DNA of 64,000 nt from Octopus bimaculoides (lineage: Eukaryota). The position numbers were made by a program, and so were the translations under genes. The notes beneath the pieces were generated by a model. The model did not search any database and was not told the DNA's origin. It saw nothing but the letters and a program-made list of their open reading frames with translations. This document shows positions 36,851-51,037 of this stretch, one piece after another (position 1 is the first letter of the stretch; each line of letters opens with the position of its first letter). Where the stretch lies: the NCBI RefSeq assembly GCF_001194135.2, contig NC_068985.1, positions 57,566,983 to 57,630,982 on the forward strand, written 5' to 3'.

Positions 36851-38884
36851 ATACATACACACACATGTATGTATTTATGTATATATTTGTATAGTTGTGG
36901 TGCGTTCCGTTAAGAAAGTATTAGAGTACACATAGAGCTCGTTCACCCTTAGAATTCCCAAATAGCCGGTAGTTTTATTATGTATTGATCTTATTATACA
37001 GGTAAATTAAATCGTTAGCTAATTTAATAAATTTAAATTAAAATCCTGTATATATACGTAGACCTATATGTATCGAAGCATTTGTAGTGATCCTTAAAAA
37101 GCTGCCTAACCGTACCTACTCTTCCATTTGACTCTTTTACTCTTTATTATATATATATAGATGGAGACAGGGGGAGAGAAAGATAGAGTGATAGATATAT
37201 ATGTCTCTATGTATGAATGTATCTGCATGCATGTACATATATTATATACGTATATGGGTGTCTCTGTGTGTGCGTGTAGTTATATGCATATACGTAGTAC
37301 GAAAGAGTATGAAATGAACAGGCTTCATAAATTTATATATCTATCTCAGTACGTATTTATATATATATATATATATATNNNNNNNNNNNNNNNNNNNNNN
37401 NNNNNNNNNNNNNNNNNNNNNNNNNNNNNNNNNNNNNNNNNNNNNNNNNNNNNNNNNNNNNNNNNNNNNNNNNNNNNNNNNNNNNNNNNNNNNNNNNNNN
37501 NNNNNNNNNNNNNNNNNNNNNNNNNNNNNNNNNNNNNNNNNNNNNNNNNNNNNNNNNNNNNNNNNNNNNNNNNNNNNNNNNNNNNNNNNNNNNNNNNNNN
37601 NNNNNNNNNNNNNNNNNNNNNNNNNNNNNNNNNNNNNNNNNNNNNNNNNNNNNNNNNNNNNNNNNNNNNNNNNNNNNNNNNNNNNNNNNNNNNNNNNNNN
37701 NNNNNNNNNNNNNNNNNNNNNNNNNNNNNNNNNNNNNNNNNNNNNNNNNNNNNNNNNNNNNNNNNNNNNNNNNNNNNNNNNNNNNNNNNNNNNNNNNNNN
37801 NNNNNNNNNNNNNNNNNNNNNNNNNNNNNNNNNNNNNNNNNNNNNNNNNNNNNNNNNNNNNNNNNNNNNNNNNNNNNNNNNNNNNNNNNNNNNNNNNNNN
37901 NNNNNNNNNNNNNNNNNNNNNNNNNNNNNNNNNNNNNNNNNNNNNNNNNNNNNNNNNNNNNNNNNNNNNNNNNNNNNNNNNNNNNNNNNNNNNNNNNNNN
38001 NNNNNNNNNNNNNNNNNNNNNNNNNNNNNNNNNNNNNNNNNNNNNNNNNNNNNNNNNNNNNNNNNNNNNNNNNNNNNNNNNNNNNNNNNNNNNNNNNNNN
38101 NNNNNNNNNNNNNNNNNNNNNNNNNNNNNNNNNNNNNNNNNNNNNNTATATATATATATATATATGTGAGACTACAAAATGTCATCGCTCCACCACAACT
38201 CTAAAGTTCGTTGCTGTACCTTCATCTCTGTTCTTGCTAGAGTATATCTTGCACAATGAAAACTTGAATATGTACCAGATTTCAGCCTGCACTAAGCCGA
38301 CTTGGTGTTCTTTTCACGCAGGACTGTATTCCGGTAAAGTAGACAATTATACTGGAATATATCTGTTACTAGCAATGTTAGCATCTACTCACAGTTCCTC
38401 TACATGTGGCAAACTTGAACCTGTTTCTGTGCATTAAGAGGTACGGCATGACCTCCTCACGATATAATAAAGTGTGCTGATTATATGATGACCTTTGGGA
38501 CAGTGGAATACGTACTTACCACAAATAGCCGGAAAGCTGATACATTTACGTGATTAGAGGCTATGTATGACAGATCACGCAAATCAGGCCATAAATGCCA
38601 ACAGAAGCTATGTAGGTATTCGACACATCTACCTGGTATTTCAATGATGGCTTTTGCATGTCTATATGTGGTTAAGACTGACAACCTCATAATACATTCT
38701 TCCTAGTTGAACTCAACTTGAAGTTCGAAAACGAATCAAACTTTGAACTCTTAGCTGATCCTTCAGCTCAGTGCTCCACGGTGCCTTCTGAACATTTGAA
38801 TTTCTTATTGCTAGTGTTGAGTTAATTTTGATCCTATATGTATGTATTTGAACAATTTTCGTAGATCTAGAATCTACTAAAGAG

Positions 38885-39480
38885 CGTTCATAAATTCAGT
38901 CAGACGATAAAGCTGAGTCAGTATTAAACCCTTGCAGGTAGGTTTAAGTTATCGATATAAGAGAGATGGTTTATAAGTTTCGTGTATCATTTATAACTAA
39001 TTGTAGTCCTATGCATCAAATATATTGAAGGCGTCAAACCTGCGAGAAGAAGGAGATAAGGGACAGAACTGAGTCTCCATGAAAGATTAATTTTCTTATG
39101 GATATACTACTTGCTTCAATTATCTCTTTGTCTTGAAGTGGTGTGATGCAATGCATGTATAAATGAAGAAGCTTTAATTGTATGGAGAGCTCCAATATCC
39201 AATAGTGCTGCATGTTATCAAATGATTTTTGGTAATCAATGCATGCTATGCTATAGTATTTGTTTGTCATCTTTGTGTCTTTGCTGTCTTTGATAATTGC
39301 GAAATTCACTTGTAACCGCTATTTACAGCCAAAGCATCTCCAACTGGCATTTTTTATACTTTTCTGGTAAGACGTTATTGTTTTTCCAAATGATAACCAC
39401 TCTGTTATAAATGGAAGGGACTTGCTGGAAAATAACTGATAGACCTGTATAATTAAACAATAAAAAGTACCAAGGAGAAA
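38885..39480 (-). mobile_element. R4/Dong-type LINE RT fragment
   Basis: NNNVLPEKYKKC; AIIKDSK...IACIDYQKSFDNMQHYWILE; IRKLIFHGDSV (ORF 39034-39309); INHLSYIDNLNL near 38950 (YMDD box). Confidence 0.75.
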
Positions 39481-39664
39481 TAACTGAAGTAGCCTTACGG
39501 TATTTATTGCTCACCCCTAAGCATCAAAAACTCTACGTTTGAGTGTCTCTTGCGATTTTTACATTTTTTAAGTAGTTGAGGTGGGTGGTTATATCAATCA
39601 AAATTGACTTACATTCGAGCTGAGTAATTACAAGGATGAATAGAATGCCATAGGTTATTTTAAA

Positions 39665-39873
39665 GGCAGTGACCTGGCAGAATTGTTGGTACGCCGAGCG
39701 AGATGTTTAGCGGCATGTCGCCTATCTTTACAGTCTGTGTTTCAAACTCCGTCGAGGTCTACGTTGTCTTTTATCCTTTCGGGGTGGATAAAATAAGTAC
39801 CACTTGAAGACTGGGGTCGATGCAAACGACTTACTCCTCCCAAGATCTTACTGGCCTTGTGCCAATGTTTGAA
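39665..39873 (+). mobile_element. SINE family A, full length, ATC/ATT tail
   Basis: ggcagtgacctggcagaattgtt...ttcaaactccgtcgaggtc...ggggtcgat...ggccttgtgcc. Confidence 0.85.
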
Positions 39874-39914
39874 ATCATCATCATCGACATCATCGTTATC
39901 ATTATTATTATTAT

Positions 39915-40105
39915 TGATTTGGCTCATGTTCGGTCTTATGGCTGGCAGGATTTATATGTGTTGCGGGTTACTACCTGTAACCTTAGGTATCCACTTGCTT
40001 TTAGTAGTCTTTCATGTACTTAGAACATTCCTGATAATCGTTCCTGTTCCTAAGTGTTAAACTTCCTGTAGAAGCTCTACGAGAAATTCTGCTCCAACCT
40101 CCTTC
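39915..40105 (-). mobile_element. R4/Dong-type LINE 3' end, tail-to-tail with the SINE
   Basis: Minus strand ELLQEV*HLGTGTIIRNVLST* (stop at 40012), a 3'UTR, then an (AAT)n tail. Confidence 0.7.
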
Positions 40106-40131
40106 AACCTTAACGCTTTTCATATTGTAAA

Positions 40132-40265
40132 TTCTTCTTCTTCTTCTTCTTCTTCTTCTTCTTCTTCTTCTTCTTCTTCTTCTTCTTCTTCTTCTTCTTC
40201 TTCTTCTTCTTCTTCTTCTTCTTCTTCTTCTTCTTCGTCGTCGTCGTCGTCGTCCTCGTCGTCAT
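40132..40265. repeat. (TTC)n then (GTC)n
   Basis: Read directly. Confidence 0.95.
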
Positions 40266-41027
40266 CGTTCTACTCAGTCTCCTCCTCTTCCTTCATATTT
40301 TCACTTCATATACTTCAAAACTATGTTTATGGATGTAGTAAATTATGCAATATATACATTCTACAGTATTCAAGATATTTATGCGAGAGAAACATCAAAT
40401 ATCCTTTGCCCTATGTGGAAACTGCAAGAGCTACTCATAAGTTTTGCAAGCATTTCTTCCCGATCCATTGCAATGTGGAAACAATTTCCGAATCATCAGC
40501 AGGTATCTCAATGTTACAAGCGTTTCGCCCCGTAGCCTGTACTCTTTGTTTCAGTGCCACAGCGAGGAATGATCTACTCTTCCCTTGCAGAAATTACCTT
40601 ATTTCCACACACCCCACACACACACGTGCGCGCACGCAGCCCCCACTCACACATGTATATATATATGTATATATATATATATACGATAGAAATAAGATGG
40701 TATTTTCGAACGTAGAATTACAGTTAGAACAGCAGAAACACGTAGTTGTTCTATGAAGTTTGTTCTATATAGCATTTAATTCGGCGAGAAGTTTAGCTTA
40801 ATAGTAAAGCGTTCAGCAGTAGTCTTTGAGAGTATGGAAATATAGGTTCCAGACCTATGGCTGTTTGTTGACAAGTTTTTCCGCTTTGTAAGGGTAATTT
40901 AACCAGTATTTCTGCTGTTTTAACGGCTACTCTGCGTTGGAAAAATATCTTATTATTTGTACCGTACAATACACATTTCAACGCTTCTAATCAAAAACAA
41001 ATATTTGCTCGCTTACATCTACACACA

Positions 41028-41058
<31 letters not shown>

Positions 41059-42708
41059 CCATANNNNNNNNNNNNNNNNNNNNNNNNNNNNNNNNNNNNN
41101 NNNNNNNNNNNNNNNNNNNNNNNNNNNNNNNNNNNNNNNNNNNNNNATATATACTATAATATTGAATATAATATATTATTCAATTATATACATTATACAT
41201 TATTCATCATATCTACTGCATAAATCAATTTGTTCTTTATGAAAAATACACAATGCATACAGTATATTAATCAATATGAAATATATTTTTAATATATTAT
41301 TCAATTTTTAGTACTGAAGTTGCTTCAAAATCAGTAGACTTGTTCTCTGAAAAGAAAATTCCTCGTAAACTGTCAAACTGAAAGAAATTGTTTGAATGAA
41401 AAAGGTAACTAATATAGAATGAGAAACAAACGCATGTGCATAAGTTCAACTGTTATTCAAAACGCCTCAAAATATATTAGAGAAATGTTAATTGTTTTCC
41501 TCATGTAACTTCAAAAACGTACGAATATCTATAAAATATAGCTCCGTGAATTATATCGAATAACCCCTACCCCGAAGTTTTTGAACAATTGCTTGTGTTA
41601 GAAATCACTTTCTTTCTATTGTGTGCTTTCGATATATTCCCGAGTATAATATTGTAACCGTTGGTTAGATGGTATATGTATTGGTTATTTATTTCGCTGA
41701 ATGATTTTTAAAAATTGCTACCAAAGGAGCTAGATGACTATATCTCATTTAATTCTTCAAATTTTCGTTATTTCCTGTCTCATATTTGCATAATATCTCT
41801 ATTTCTGTCAAAGGTACCATACTGCCATTCCAAACTTATTCACGGACGAGGCACTGCGTTTCACGCTGGTTCCCGGAAACCACATGAAAATGATTAACAC
41901 TAATTTGTGTGCGTATACCGGATTATAACAGAGATTATGGTCGATTTGCTATACTTTGCGACATTTCCTGTGTTTATCTATATCAACTTTCATCTTTTTA
42001 CATATCATAATGTTGGCTTAACCTTCAGTTAATACCTTAGCAACAGAGCGATTTTCTGCTATGCTTTTCACTGGAAACTACCATCTCCGGCCAGAGCAGG
42101 TCTGGGAGTAGTGAGAACTAAGACGTAAATCCATTATACAACCAAATTTCTGAACTTCTGATCAGAGAATTACCACAGGATGCTGCTTAATGTCTCCTCA
42201 AAAACATTGTGAACTAATACTGTGTTAAATCTGGGTAAAATTCGGTTTGAGTTTCATTTAGAGATAGTAGTGCGTCAGGACGAAAAAAAAAAATTTGAAA
42301 CGGAGTATATCTTGGTTTCAAAAAGAAAACATGGAATAAATATTTCATTTCAACTTAAGTGGAAGATATATATTACAAATGGCTTTGAGAGAACGTATTC
42401 ACAAGTTGAAAGGTTGCATATGCGTTTAGATAGAAACCAGATGACAAAGTTGGATAGATAACACAAAAGTATAAATGATATATTTTGTTCCATAATAATA
42501 ATAATAACATTCTGGATATGTCTACGAGAATGTCTTTAACCTTCGTAAATATATTCAAGAATGTATCTTTATGCATTAGGACTGAACAGAGTAATTTCTC
42601 TCGATAGAAATTGAACTCCATGCATTTTCACACGTATCAATTTAAATAAACAATAAGTGCATACTAACACAGAGACGCACGCACAAATATTATTCTATTT
42701 TTCTCTCA

Positions 42709-42740
<32 letters not shown>

Positions 42741-43272
42741 NNNNNNNNNNNNNNNNNNNNNNNNNNNNNNNNNNNNNNNNNNNNNNNNNNNNNNNNNNNN
42801 NNNNNNNNNNNNNNNNNNNNNNNNNNNNNNNNNNNNNNNNNNNNNNNNNNNNNNNNNNNNNNNNNNNNNNNNNNNNNNNNNNNNNNNNNNNNNNNNNNNN
42901 NNNNNNNNNNNNNNNNNNNNNNNNNNNNNNNNNNNNNNNNNNNNNNNNNNNNNNNNNNNNNNNNNNNNNNNNNNNNNNNNNNNNNNNNNNNNNNNNNNNN
43001 NNNNNNNNNNNNNNNNNNNNNNNNNNNNNNNNNNNNNNNNNNNNNNNNNNNNNNNNNNNNNNNNNNNNNNNNNNNNNNNNNNNNNNNNNNNNNNNNNNNN
43101 NNNNNNNNNNNNNNNNNNNNNNNNNNNNNNNNNNNNNNNNNNAGTGCTTTCCTTCACTATATCTAACAGGACATTAGATTCTTCTGCTTTAATTGAATAG
43201 TCTGTAAGTAGAGAAGGAATACAGTTGGAGTATCCATAATAAAGATAAAAGACCTAAAAAGAAGTTCTGGTC

Positions 43273-43274
<2 letters not shown>

Positions 43275-43330
<56 letters not shown>

Positions 43331-43379
43331 GAAGAAGAAGAAGAAGTAGAAGAAGAAGAAGAAGAAGAAGAAGAAGAAG

Positions 43380-43410
<31 letters not shown>

Positions 43411-43460
43411 TCAACAACGACGACGACGAAGGCAACACCAACAACAACAACAATAATAAT
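43275..43460. repeat. Compound trinucleotide (TAA)n(GAA)n(CAA)n(CGA)n
   Basis: Read directly. Confidence 0.95.
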
Positions 43461-43614
43461 AAAAATTTAGAAAATTGAATGTTCTTTATACATTTAAAAA
43501 GAATATTATATGAAAATAAAATACAAAAAAAAAATTGCTTCTCAATTATATGCCAGCATGATTGCCAGAAGCCAATATAATTAAATATTGATCTGGAGAA
43601 TAGACGGTTGATTG

Positions 43615-43667
43615 ATGTGTATGTATGTATGTATGTATGTATGTACGTACGTATGTATGTATGTATG

Positions 43668-43701
<34 letters not shown>

Positions 43702-43793
43702 TGTATGTTTGTATGTATGTATGTATGTTTGTATGTATGTATGTATATATGTGTGTGCCAATATATATATACATACATACACACACACACAAC

Positions 43794-43870
<77 letters not shown>
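43615..43870. repeat. (TATG)n/(CA)n/(TA)n
   Basis: Read directly. Confidence 0.95.
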
Positions 43871-43871
<1 letters not shown>

Positions 43872-44370
43872 CATAAGCGTGTATATGTTTGTGTTCATAT
43901 ATATACATCAACACACTCACACACACACATATATCTCAATAATGCGTATAGATATAGGCATAAAGACGCAAACACAAAAGACACATTCATATCTATCATA
44001 TATATATGTATATATGTTTATATAAAATAAGTATATACATACATATATTCACGCACACACGCACATATTTGTGTACGCGTGTGTGTCTGGGTATATCAAT
44101 ATAGAATCATACTGAGGTTCTAAAATTGAATTTTAATAAATTCCTCACTATATGACCGCTCACTGTCCATATTAAATTGAACTTCCACCCTCGCTACTTG
44201 TATATTATCTTAAACATTTTTTCTACGAATTATTTTTGATTTGATTTCTTTGTTATCGTTACGTTACAAAATGTCTACGCTGACTCTATCCTCGAGCACA
44301 TATGCCATCTATTGTGTCGTGATATAAGTATTTTTTTACGCTCCAAACAACATATTTCTTTATATATCAG

Positions 44371-44408
44371 ATTATGTGGGAGAACATACAACGCTGCTGA
44401 GACCAAGT
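44371..44408 (+). CDS. Candidate 38-nt internal exon of an unidentified host gene
   Basis: Acceptor tttctttatatatcag| and donor |gtaagt; two open frames (YVGEHTTLLRPS or LCGRTYNAAETK). No homology recognised. Confidence 0.3.
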
Positions 44409-44650
44409 GTAAGTTATTTCAGATTCCGAGCAGAAGTGGAGTGTTCGTTCCATTTTGAGAGTAATCCGAACACTTTAAGACCTTAATTCTGGTTTTAATG
44501 AATCGTTTCACCTCTTTTAATTAGTGTTAGTTAGCCTCTGGGGAATTTCGGGGGTAATTAGCTACAAGAAGGTTTGATTGAGCGTAAAATATCAATGAAG
44601 ATAATTTATCTACAAGTGACCAGAGTATCATAATATTCCTGACAAACTAA

Positions 44651-44868
44651 GGCAGTGAGCTCGCAGAAACGTTAGCAGGCTGGGCGAAATGCTTAGTGGT
44701 ATTTCGTCTGTCTTTATGCTCTGAGTTCAAATTCCACCAAGGTCGACTTTGCCATTCATCTTTTCGGGGTCGATAAATTAATTACAATTTGCGTATTGGG
44801 GTCGACGTAATCGACTGGCTCCCTCCCCCAAAATTTCCAGCCTTGTGCCTAGAGTAGAAAAGAATATT
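44651..44868 (+). mobile_element. SINE family A, best-preserved copy
   Basis: A-box-like ctcgcagaaacgttag, B box gagttcaaattcc, body ggtcgactttgcc...ggggtcga x2, end ccttgtgcctagagtagaaaagaat. Confidence 0.9.
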
Positions 44869-45069
44869 CCTCACATTCTTCGTTTTACTATTATATGACT
44901 GACAAACGTCTTACAAATTACATCAGTTTATTAATTCAGTGCACTTTGAAACAGTCACGCCTTGAACTTAACGTCATGCAGTGATGTGTCTAACGATGTT
45001 TCTGAACAAGATCAAATGGATTATAATATTTGTACCTACACATGCAAGATACACACACACATATTTATA

Positions 45070-45150
45070 TATTCTTTTATTCTTTTACTTGACTCAGTCA
45101 TTTGGCTGAGGCCATGCTGGAGTACCACCTTTAGTCGAACAAATCGATTG
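45070..45150 (-). mobile_element. SINE family B 3' terminal fragment
   Basis: cttttacttgactcagtcatttggctgaggccatgctggagtaccacc. Confidence 0.7.
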
Positions 45151-45971
45151 AAACATTTTTTGTAAATTAATACAACACTCCCCTCCTCTAACTATAGGAC
45201 CGTCAGTAGCCTTATCTTATCATGCATTGTATCTCTTCCTCCAACCACTCAAAACCACTGCCACTCCCTTGTCTTTTTCATAATAACACTCTATAAAAAC
45301 ACTCAGTAGGTAATTCCCATTAGAAATAAATAGTACTTATTTTCCCTAATGGATGTAAATGTCTTTTGTATGACAGGACAACCGAACTCCAGAAACGGCT
45401 GTCGGATTATTAACTGGATTAGTAATACCCACACTTTTCATCTTATAGACTCTTAACTCATTTTATGACTTCGTTTTATAATCTGTAAGTTAACCTATAT
45501 ATGTATTTATTTTTTCAATATATTTTTAGTATATATATATATATATATAGTTATATATTTTTATAATTATATTTTTAGTATATTGATTACTCTATATATT
45601 TTTATATATCTATGTATTTTTTTATGTCTGATATATTAAATATACTTTCGGAGAAATTCGTGCATGTTGGATCCAGGGCAGAATAAATATTAATGTATGA
45701 GTGAACTTGATTTGCCTAACTTTGTTTCCAACTACTACATTATTCTAACGCTTAAGGTTTAATATCCTGAGCACTTCAAAGTGAAGTCTATCCATTGGAG
45801 GAAATGTTTTTAGTCATAATCACACACACAAACACACAAACACACACATACATATATATTATTCTAACTTGCTTTCCCTACATTTATATATATATATATA
45901 TTTGACTGATGCAACGCGCATTAAATGGCTAACATTGTCTACTTCAAGAGCTGCCATATCATCTTTCCTAG

Positions 45972-46093
45972 ATGTTGGCTCAGGGCCAGGGGTTAGTGTG
46001 AATATGGTGACAGTAATAAATGACTTGTATCAAACGTATGCCACTGCTACTGATGGAAAGAAAGGAGACAGATTTGTATCAACTGAAATTTGA
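45972..46093 (+). CDS. Candidate (terminal?) exon of an unidentified host gene
   Basis: Acceptor atctttcctag|; the only open frame is VGSGPGVSVNMVTVINDLYQTYATATDGKKGDRFVSTEI*; non-repetitive composition. Confidence 0.3.
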
Positions 46094-48368
46094 AAATGTT
46101 TCTGCAGACAGAGCGACGTTTTCGGCGCAAGATTTATGCTACATTCTTGCTACAATATCATACTATTATAATCTGAAACCTTATTTCACTTCGTATTCTC
46201 TCAATGATTGAACTTATTGCTTTAACAAATGCAACTAAGCCTTTTAGCTTATACTGTTTATGGTTCTAATAACTCCAGCTGTTATAATATATTCCCTTTA
46301 TAGATGGATCTGTATTTACCTTGATTTGTGGCGTTGTGAACTAAGAATGGTCTGATTCATTTCCTTACCAAAGCAGGAGGCATCTGAATATTTTAAGGCC
46401 AAATGTAATTGACACTATAGTTGTCACTGATTCGCATCTGTCCCCTTGGATATACTCTCCGTAATGATTATGGACGGAGGTTTAATGGGACATTAGTATT
46501 ACTTCGTTGCCAAATGTAGATGTTCATCCGCCAGTCAAAACCTAGCAACATCAGCTATTAATTCCAGCTTTTCTCCCTTCGGTAACACCTTCTCTGTGAT
46601 CATCCTACACCAAACCGATAGGGTTTATGTAAATGTCTATATATTTCCTTGAACGAAGAATACAGCACATGCATCTCTAAATTACAAACATTAAGAGAAA
46701 AAAACAGTGCTACATACTGAATGCTAATAGAATCTATAAAATGCCTTTTAGAGCCAGATGTAATCATGCTACATAATCAATAATGTGTATGATTGGTATT
46801 ATATCAGTTTACATCAAGGAAAATACAACAATATTTAGTGTGACATATTGCGTAAGCCCATCGTTCATTCCATTCATAAAAGGAATGAACCTAATTGAAA
46901 ATATTTTTTTTATTATTATAAGCGAAGTCATTTGGATGTGGAGAGAATGTGATTCAATGTATTTGATATATGTTTGTATTTCAGTGGATGCTGCACGTTA
47001 CTATAGAAATGGCAAACGTTGTATTCAAACAATACATTGATATATTGAATATGTTATACTTCAGGAGTCTTAGCTAAAGATTATTGACAGAGCTTTGGAA
47101 AAATCAAAGAATAGAGAGATTAAGAACACTTCTTGACAATTGTCACTTTATGTATAATGGCGTGTGTGTACCCAACATGTATAATGGTGTATGTAGCTTG
47201 TATGTATAATGGCATGTGTACTCTAGATGTCATTCAATCCCAGTAGTTTAGGGTCACAGCTGACGGAATATTTGCAGGAATGGTAGTTTTAGACCTATCT
47301 ACCCACATTGCTGAAGTGCGGGTTCGAAGATGTGATCTCATATTTGGGTAAGAAGCTCTGGCCGTAAGTATTTAATCATATATCGCTTTAAATAAGGCTT
47401 ACACTTTGTTTCTCGACGGTTCTTCGCAGGCACTGGACGGGTATTCAGCTTGCAATATGTTGTTTTAGTGGTTACTAAGTCAAAGTCAACCCTTAAAGAT
47501 ACCCATGGCATCCGGGTCAGCTATGGCTAGTCTATAATATTACTAGATTTAAGATTACACTATCCAATATGTACATTTCCTTTCTAAGGCTGCATATATA
47601 ATTTGACGAAAATTTGGCCGCTAGTTTTTGCATGCTGAGGCTCCGTCTTTGGTCTGTTATAGATCACGTTACTAGAAAACCTATCTTGAGATGTAAATAT
47701 CACGGGGTTGTAATTTTTTCAAAATATTCAAATATATATGAGGCAGCTTGTTAGAATTAAGAATTGGTGCAGGAACAGTAGGGAATATCCATTATCTAAG
47801 ATAGTTCTCAAACATCATTAATGTGTCAGTCAGATATCAAAGTACTGTAGGAAATTATCACTTGTTTATTTGAACAGACCGTAGTACACAACTAAAATAA
47901 CCATTCGCATGTGAGCTTTGTTTAGTTTGTTTCAAAAGCATACACAAGTAAACAAACATTGTTCCACGCATTAATATTACATTTTTCCATCTTTCATTGT
48001 CACATTCTTTTATCTCTCTCTTATATTCCATAGTCCTACAGTGAATATACTGTAAACAAAACATATTTACTCTTTACTAAGCGAATCCACGAAAACGTAT
48101 CCATGGCAATACATTGTATATTGAATATTATATAATATACATTGTAGACTTTGTATTATCTAGAAATACAACTATTAACGTTCGTAATTTCTTCGATGTT
48201 AGGAACAACTACTATAAAATGAAGTCGAGAAAAAGGTTATTACCATTTTAAATAGCTGCAAGTTGAATAAACACACGACACAAACTACTTCAAAAGAAGA
48301 GCGCAAACAAATATTAGGACTAGTACCAAATGCACACACACCCGCACGCAAAGGTACGCACAAACATG

Positions 48369-48430
<62 letters not shown>

Positions 48431-48524
48431 TTTATGCAAGGAAATACTCGATTGAGAGCACCGTAGAACTTCATGTGAATGACGGACACCTAGTTCTAGC
48501 TAGAAGAAGTGTTTAAATTCTAGA

Positions 48525-48911
48525 CAGATTATGAACCAATCTTTTTGAACCATGTTTCATCTATGTACCACTTTGATTACTATTTTACTCTGATGAAACC
48601 CCATAGCCTTTCGATATTTAAATATACTTCTTTCAAACTTCCTATCTTGTTTAACAGACATTCACTTATATAGGTTTGAAGTTGCAATCTGTGAGAGAAC
48701 ATGTTTCAGTCGCTGCAAACATGTTGAACTATGCTAAGCATTAGAGTAAGAAACTTAGTTGTTTCTTGCAGTATATATATCTAAAGCAAAGTGTTTTCAT
48801 CTAGACTAAACTCCTGCTGCGAATCTCCAATTTACTATTTTGCTTGCATGGAGCCCATAAAATTCTCTATGGACCTCCGGGTGTTATATGGACCCTAGTT
48901 GAGAACCACTG
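48525..48911. mobile_element. Possible hAT (Charlie-like) non-autonomous element
   Basis: Right end ...gttgagaaccactg (reverse complement CAGTGGTTCTCAAC); degenerate left end; TCTAGA-containing flanks on both sides, with TSD register imperfect. Confidence 0.4.
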
Positions 48912-49597
48912 GTCTAGAAGAAGGAAACTTGTTTATAAATCCAGATGACCTCTGAGCTTTCGGTCAAAACAGCTTCTGCTAGAACAACGGGGAGCGGAGT
49001 AAACGGATCTATCTGAAAAATGAGTGCAGCGCTTTGCACGCCTCATTCACTATAGTTATTTTCTCTCACAGAAACGTCTTGAAAAGAATACTCGACGGAT
49101 CTCACACAAAATTTTTCTGCGATAGAGGATAGAGCTGTGCAACATGCAGGCTTGAAAAAACGGGACTTATGTAATTGTAATCTAGTACATAACCGGTGTA
49201 GGATATTGATCGCTGATGTTTCATACCCTATGTATGTTCTATAGTTGAAAGTGAAAAAAGCCAGCACAAAATCGACACTGTATGTTCTATAAGTGAATGT
49301 GAAAGAAAGCTGCACAAAAAGAAGGGGAAAGCCTGAGTGAAGAGGACGCCGAGAACCCAAGAAATGAGGTCGTGTCGTACAATTTTAAGGTCATTTTCAC
49401 TTTCGTCCCATGTTTCACGCGTGCGTCGAATTGGGCATTATCTTTCTCTTTCAATTTCCCATTATATATTTCTACTCTTAACAAATTAAAACTTCACTAC
49501 ATTTCCTTATTTTGGAATTAAGAAAGGTATGCAAAAATGACTTCCTTTGCATACCAACGCACGCGCACGCACGCACGCACACACACACACACATACA

Positions 49598-49649
<52 letters not shown>

Positions 49650-50956
49650 TACACAGAGTTAAAGTTCGATATGTATTATATTATTCTTTTGCTTTGCCCA
49701 ATTACAGCTCAAATCCTATTCTGTCTTTTTTGTTTATGAGGAGCGTATTTCAAACTTAAACTTCCATTTAAACTTACAAGGAAGTTATCTCAAAAACACA
49801 AAAATTAAAGATGCTGTTTTTCACAATGAAGCAGCTTTCTTTCCATGCACCTTACTTTCTGTAATACGGATACCTCTACGTCCTCATACGTCAGCCAAAT
49901 CCTTAAATCCGTAAATCTAGGTAATTCTGGGGGTAATATTCGGATTTCCTTCTAATCTTAGCTGCCATTCTACATGTTTTTGGTGACAACAATTTCAGCA
50001 TTGTTCATCACAAAATGACCGAAAAACATGTTTATAAAGAAGAGTTTTTTGCTTCACTCCCCTCGTGTGCCGATTCTACCCATAAGAAAGAAACAAATAA
50101 TACNNNNNNNNNNNNNNNNNNNNNNNNNNNNNNNNNNNNNNNNNNNNNNNNNNNNNNNNNNNNNNNNNNNNNNNNNNNNNNNNNNNNNNNNNNNNNNNNN
50201 NNNNNNNNNNNNNNNNNNNNNNNNNNNNNNNNNNNNNNNNNNNNNNNNNNNNNNNNNNNNNNNNNNNNNNNNNNNNNNNNNNNNNNNNNNNNNNNNNNNN
50301 NNNNNNNNNNNNNNNNNNNNNNNNNNNNNNNNNNNNNNNNNNNNNNNNNNNNNNNNNNNNNNNNNNNNNNNNNNNNNNNNNNNNNNNNNNNNNNNNNNNN
50401 NNNNNNNNNNNNNNNNNNNNNNNNNNNNNNNNNNNNNNNNNNNNNNNNNNNNNNNNNNNNNNNNNNNNNNNNNNNNAGAATGTTGCAAATAAACAAATAA
50501 AACTGATTCCGTTAGATATAAAGAAAGTATATATATGCAAACATTTGAAAAGAATGAGAGCGAAGACAGAGCCTTTCCCGACAATTAATATTCAATTATA
50601 AATATATAGATGTCTATAAATTACTCAGAGTACAAGGGCACAGAAAGATAAAGAAGAGCAAGTATAGCGTTTCAAGCTGTCGTACATGCAACACCACACC
50701 TTCTCCCCTTTATTTTACTGTGTGTTTGTACCCAGTGTAAGATTGTTCTATCAATATATATTTTGTATATCAAATCCAAGGAATTTTATCTGTTTATTTG
50801 CGTCATTGTCTTCATATCTCTTCACTTTGATTCCTCTTATAGTTACTCATTACCCTGCAGAATTCGTCGTCGCTAAAGGTTTCGGAGTGTAAGTTCAAAT
50901 CATTTGAGCGCTATTGTTTTCTATATAGAGAATCGCAGGACCTCATCTACTGACTC

Positions 50957-51037
<81 letters not shown>

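Noticed and set aside
46300-46620. Faint similarity to a LINE AP-endonuclease on the minus strand
   Set aside because: No catalytic motifs recoverable.
49232-49325. Two diverged 48-bp tandem units, open in one frame
   Set aside because: Flanked by stops, with no recognisable family.
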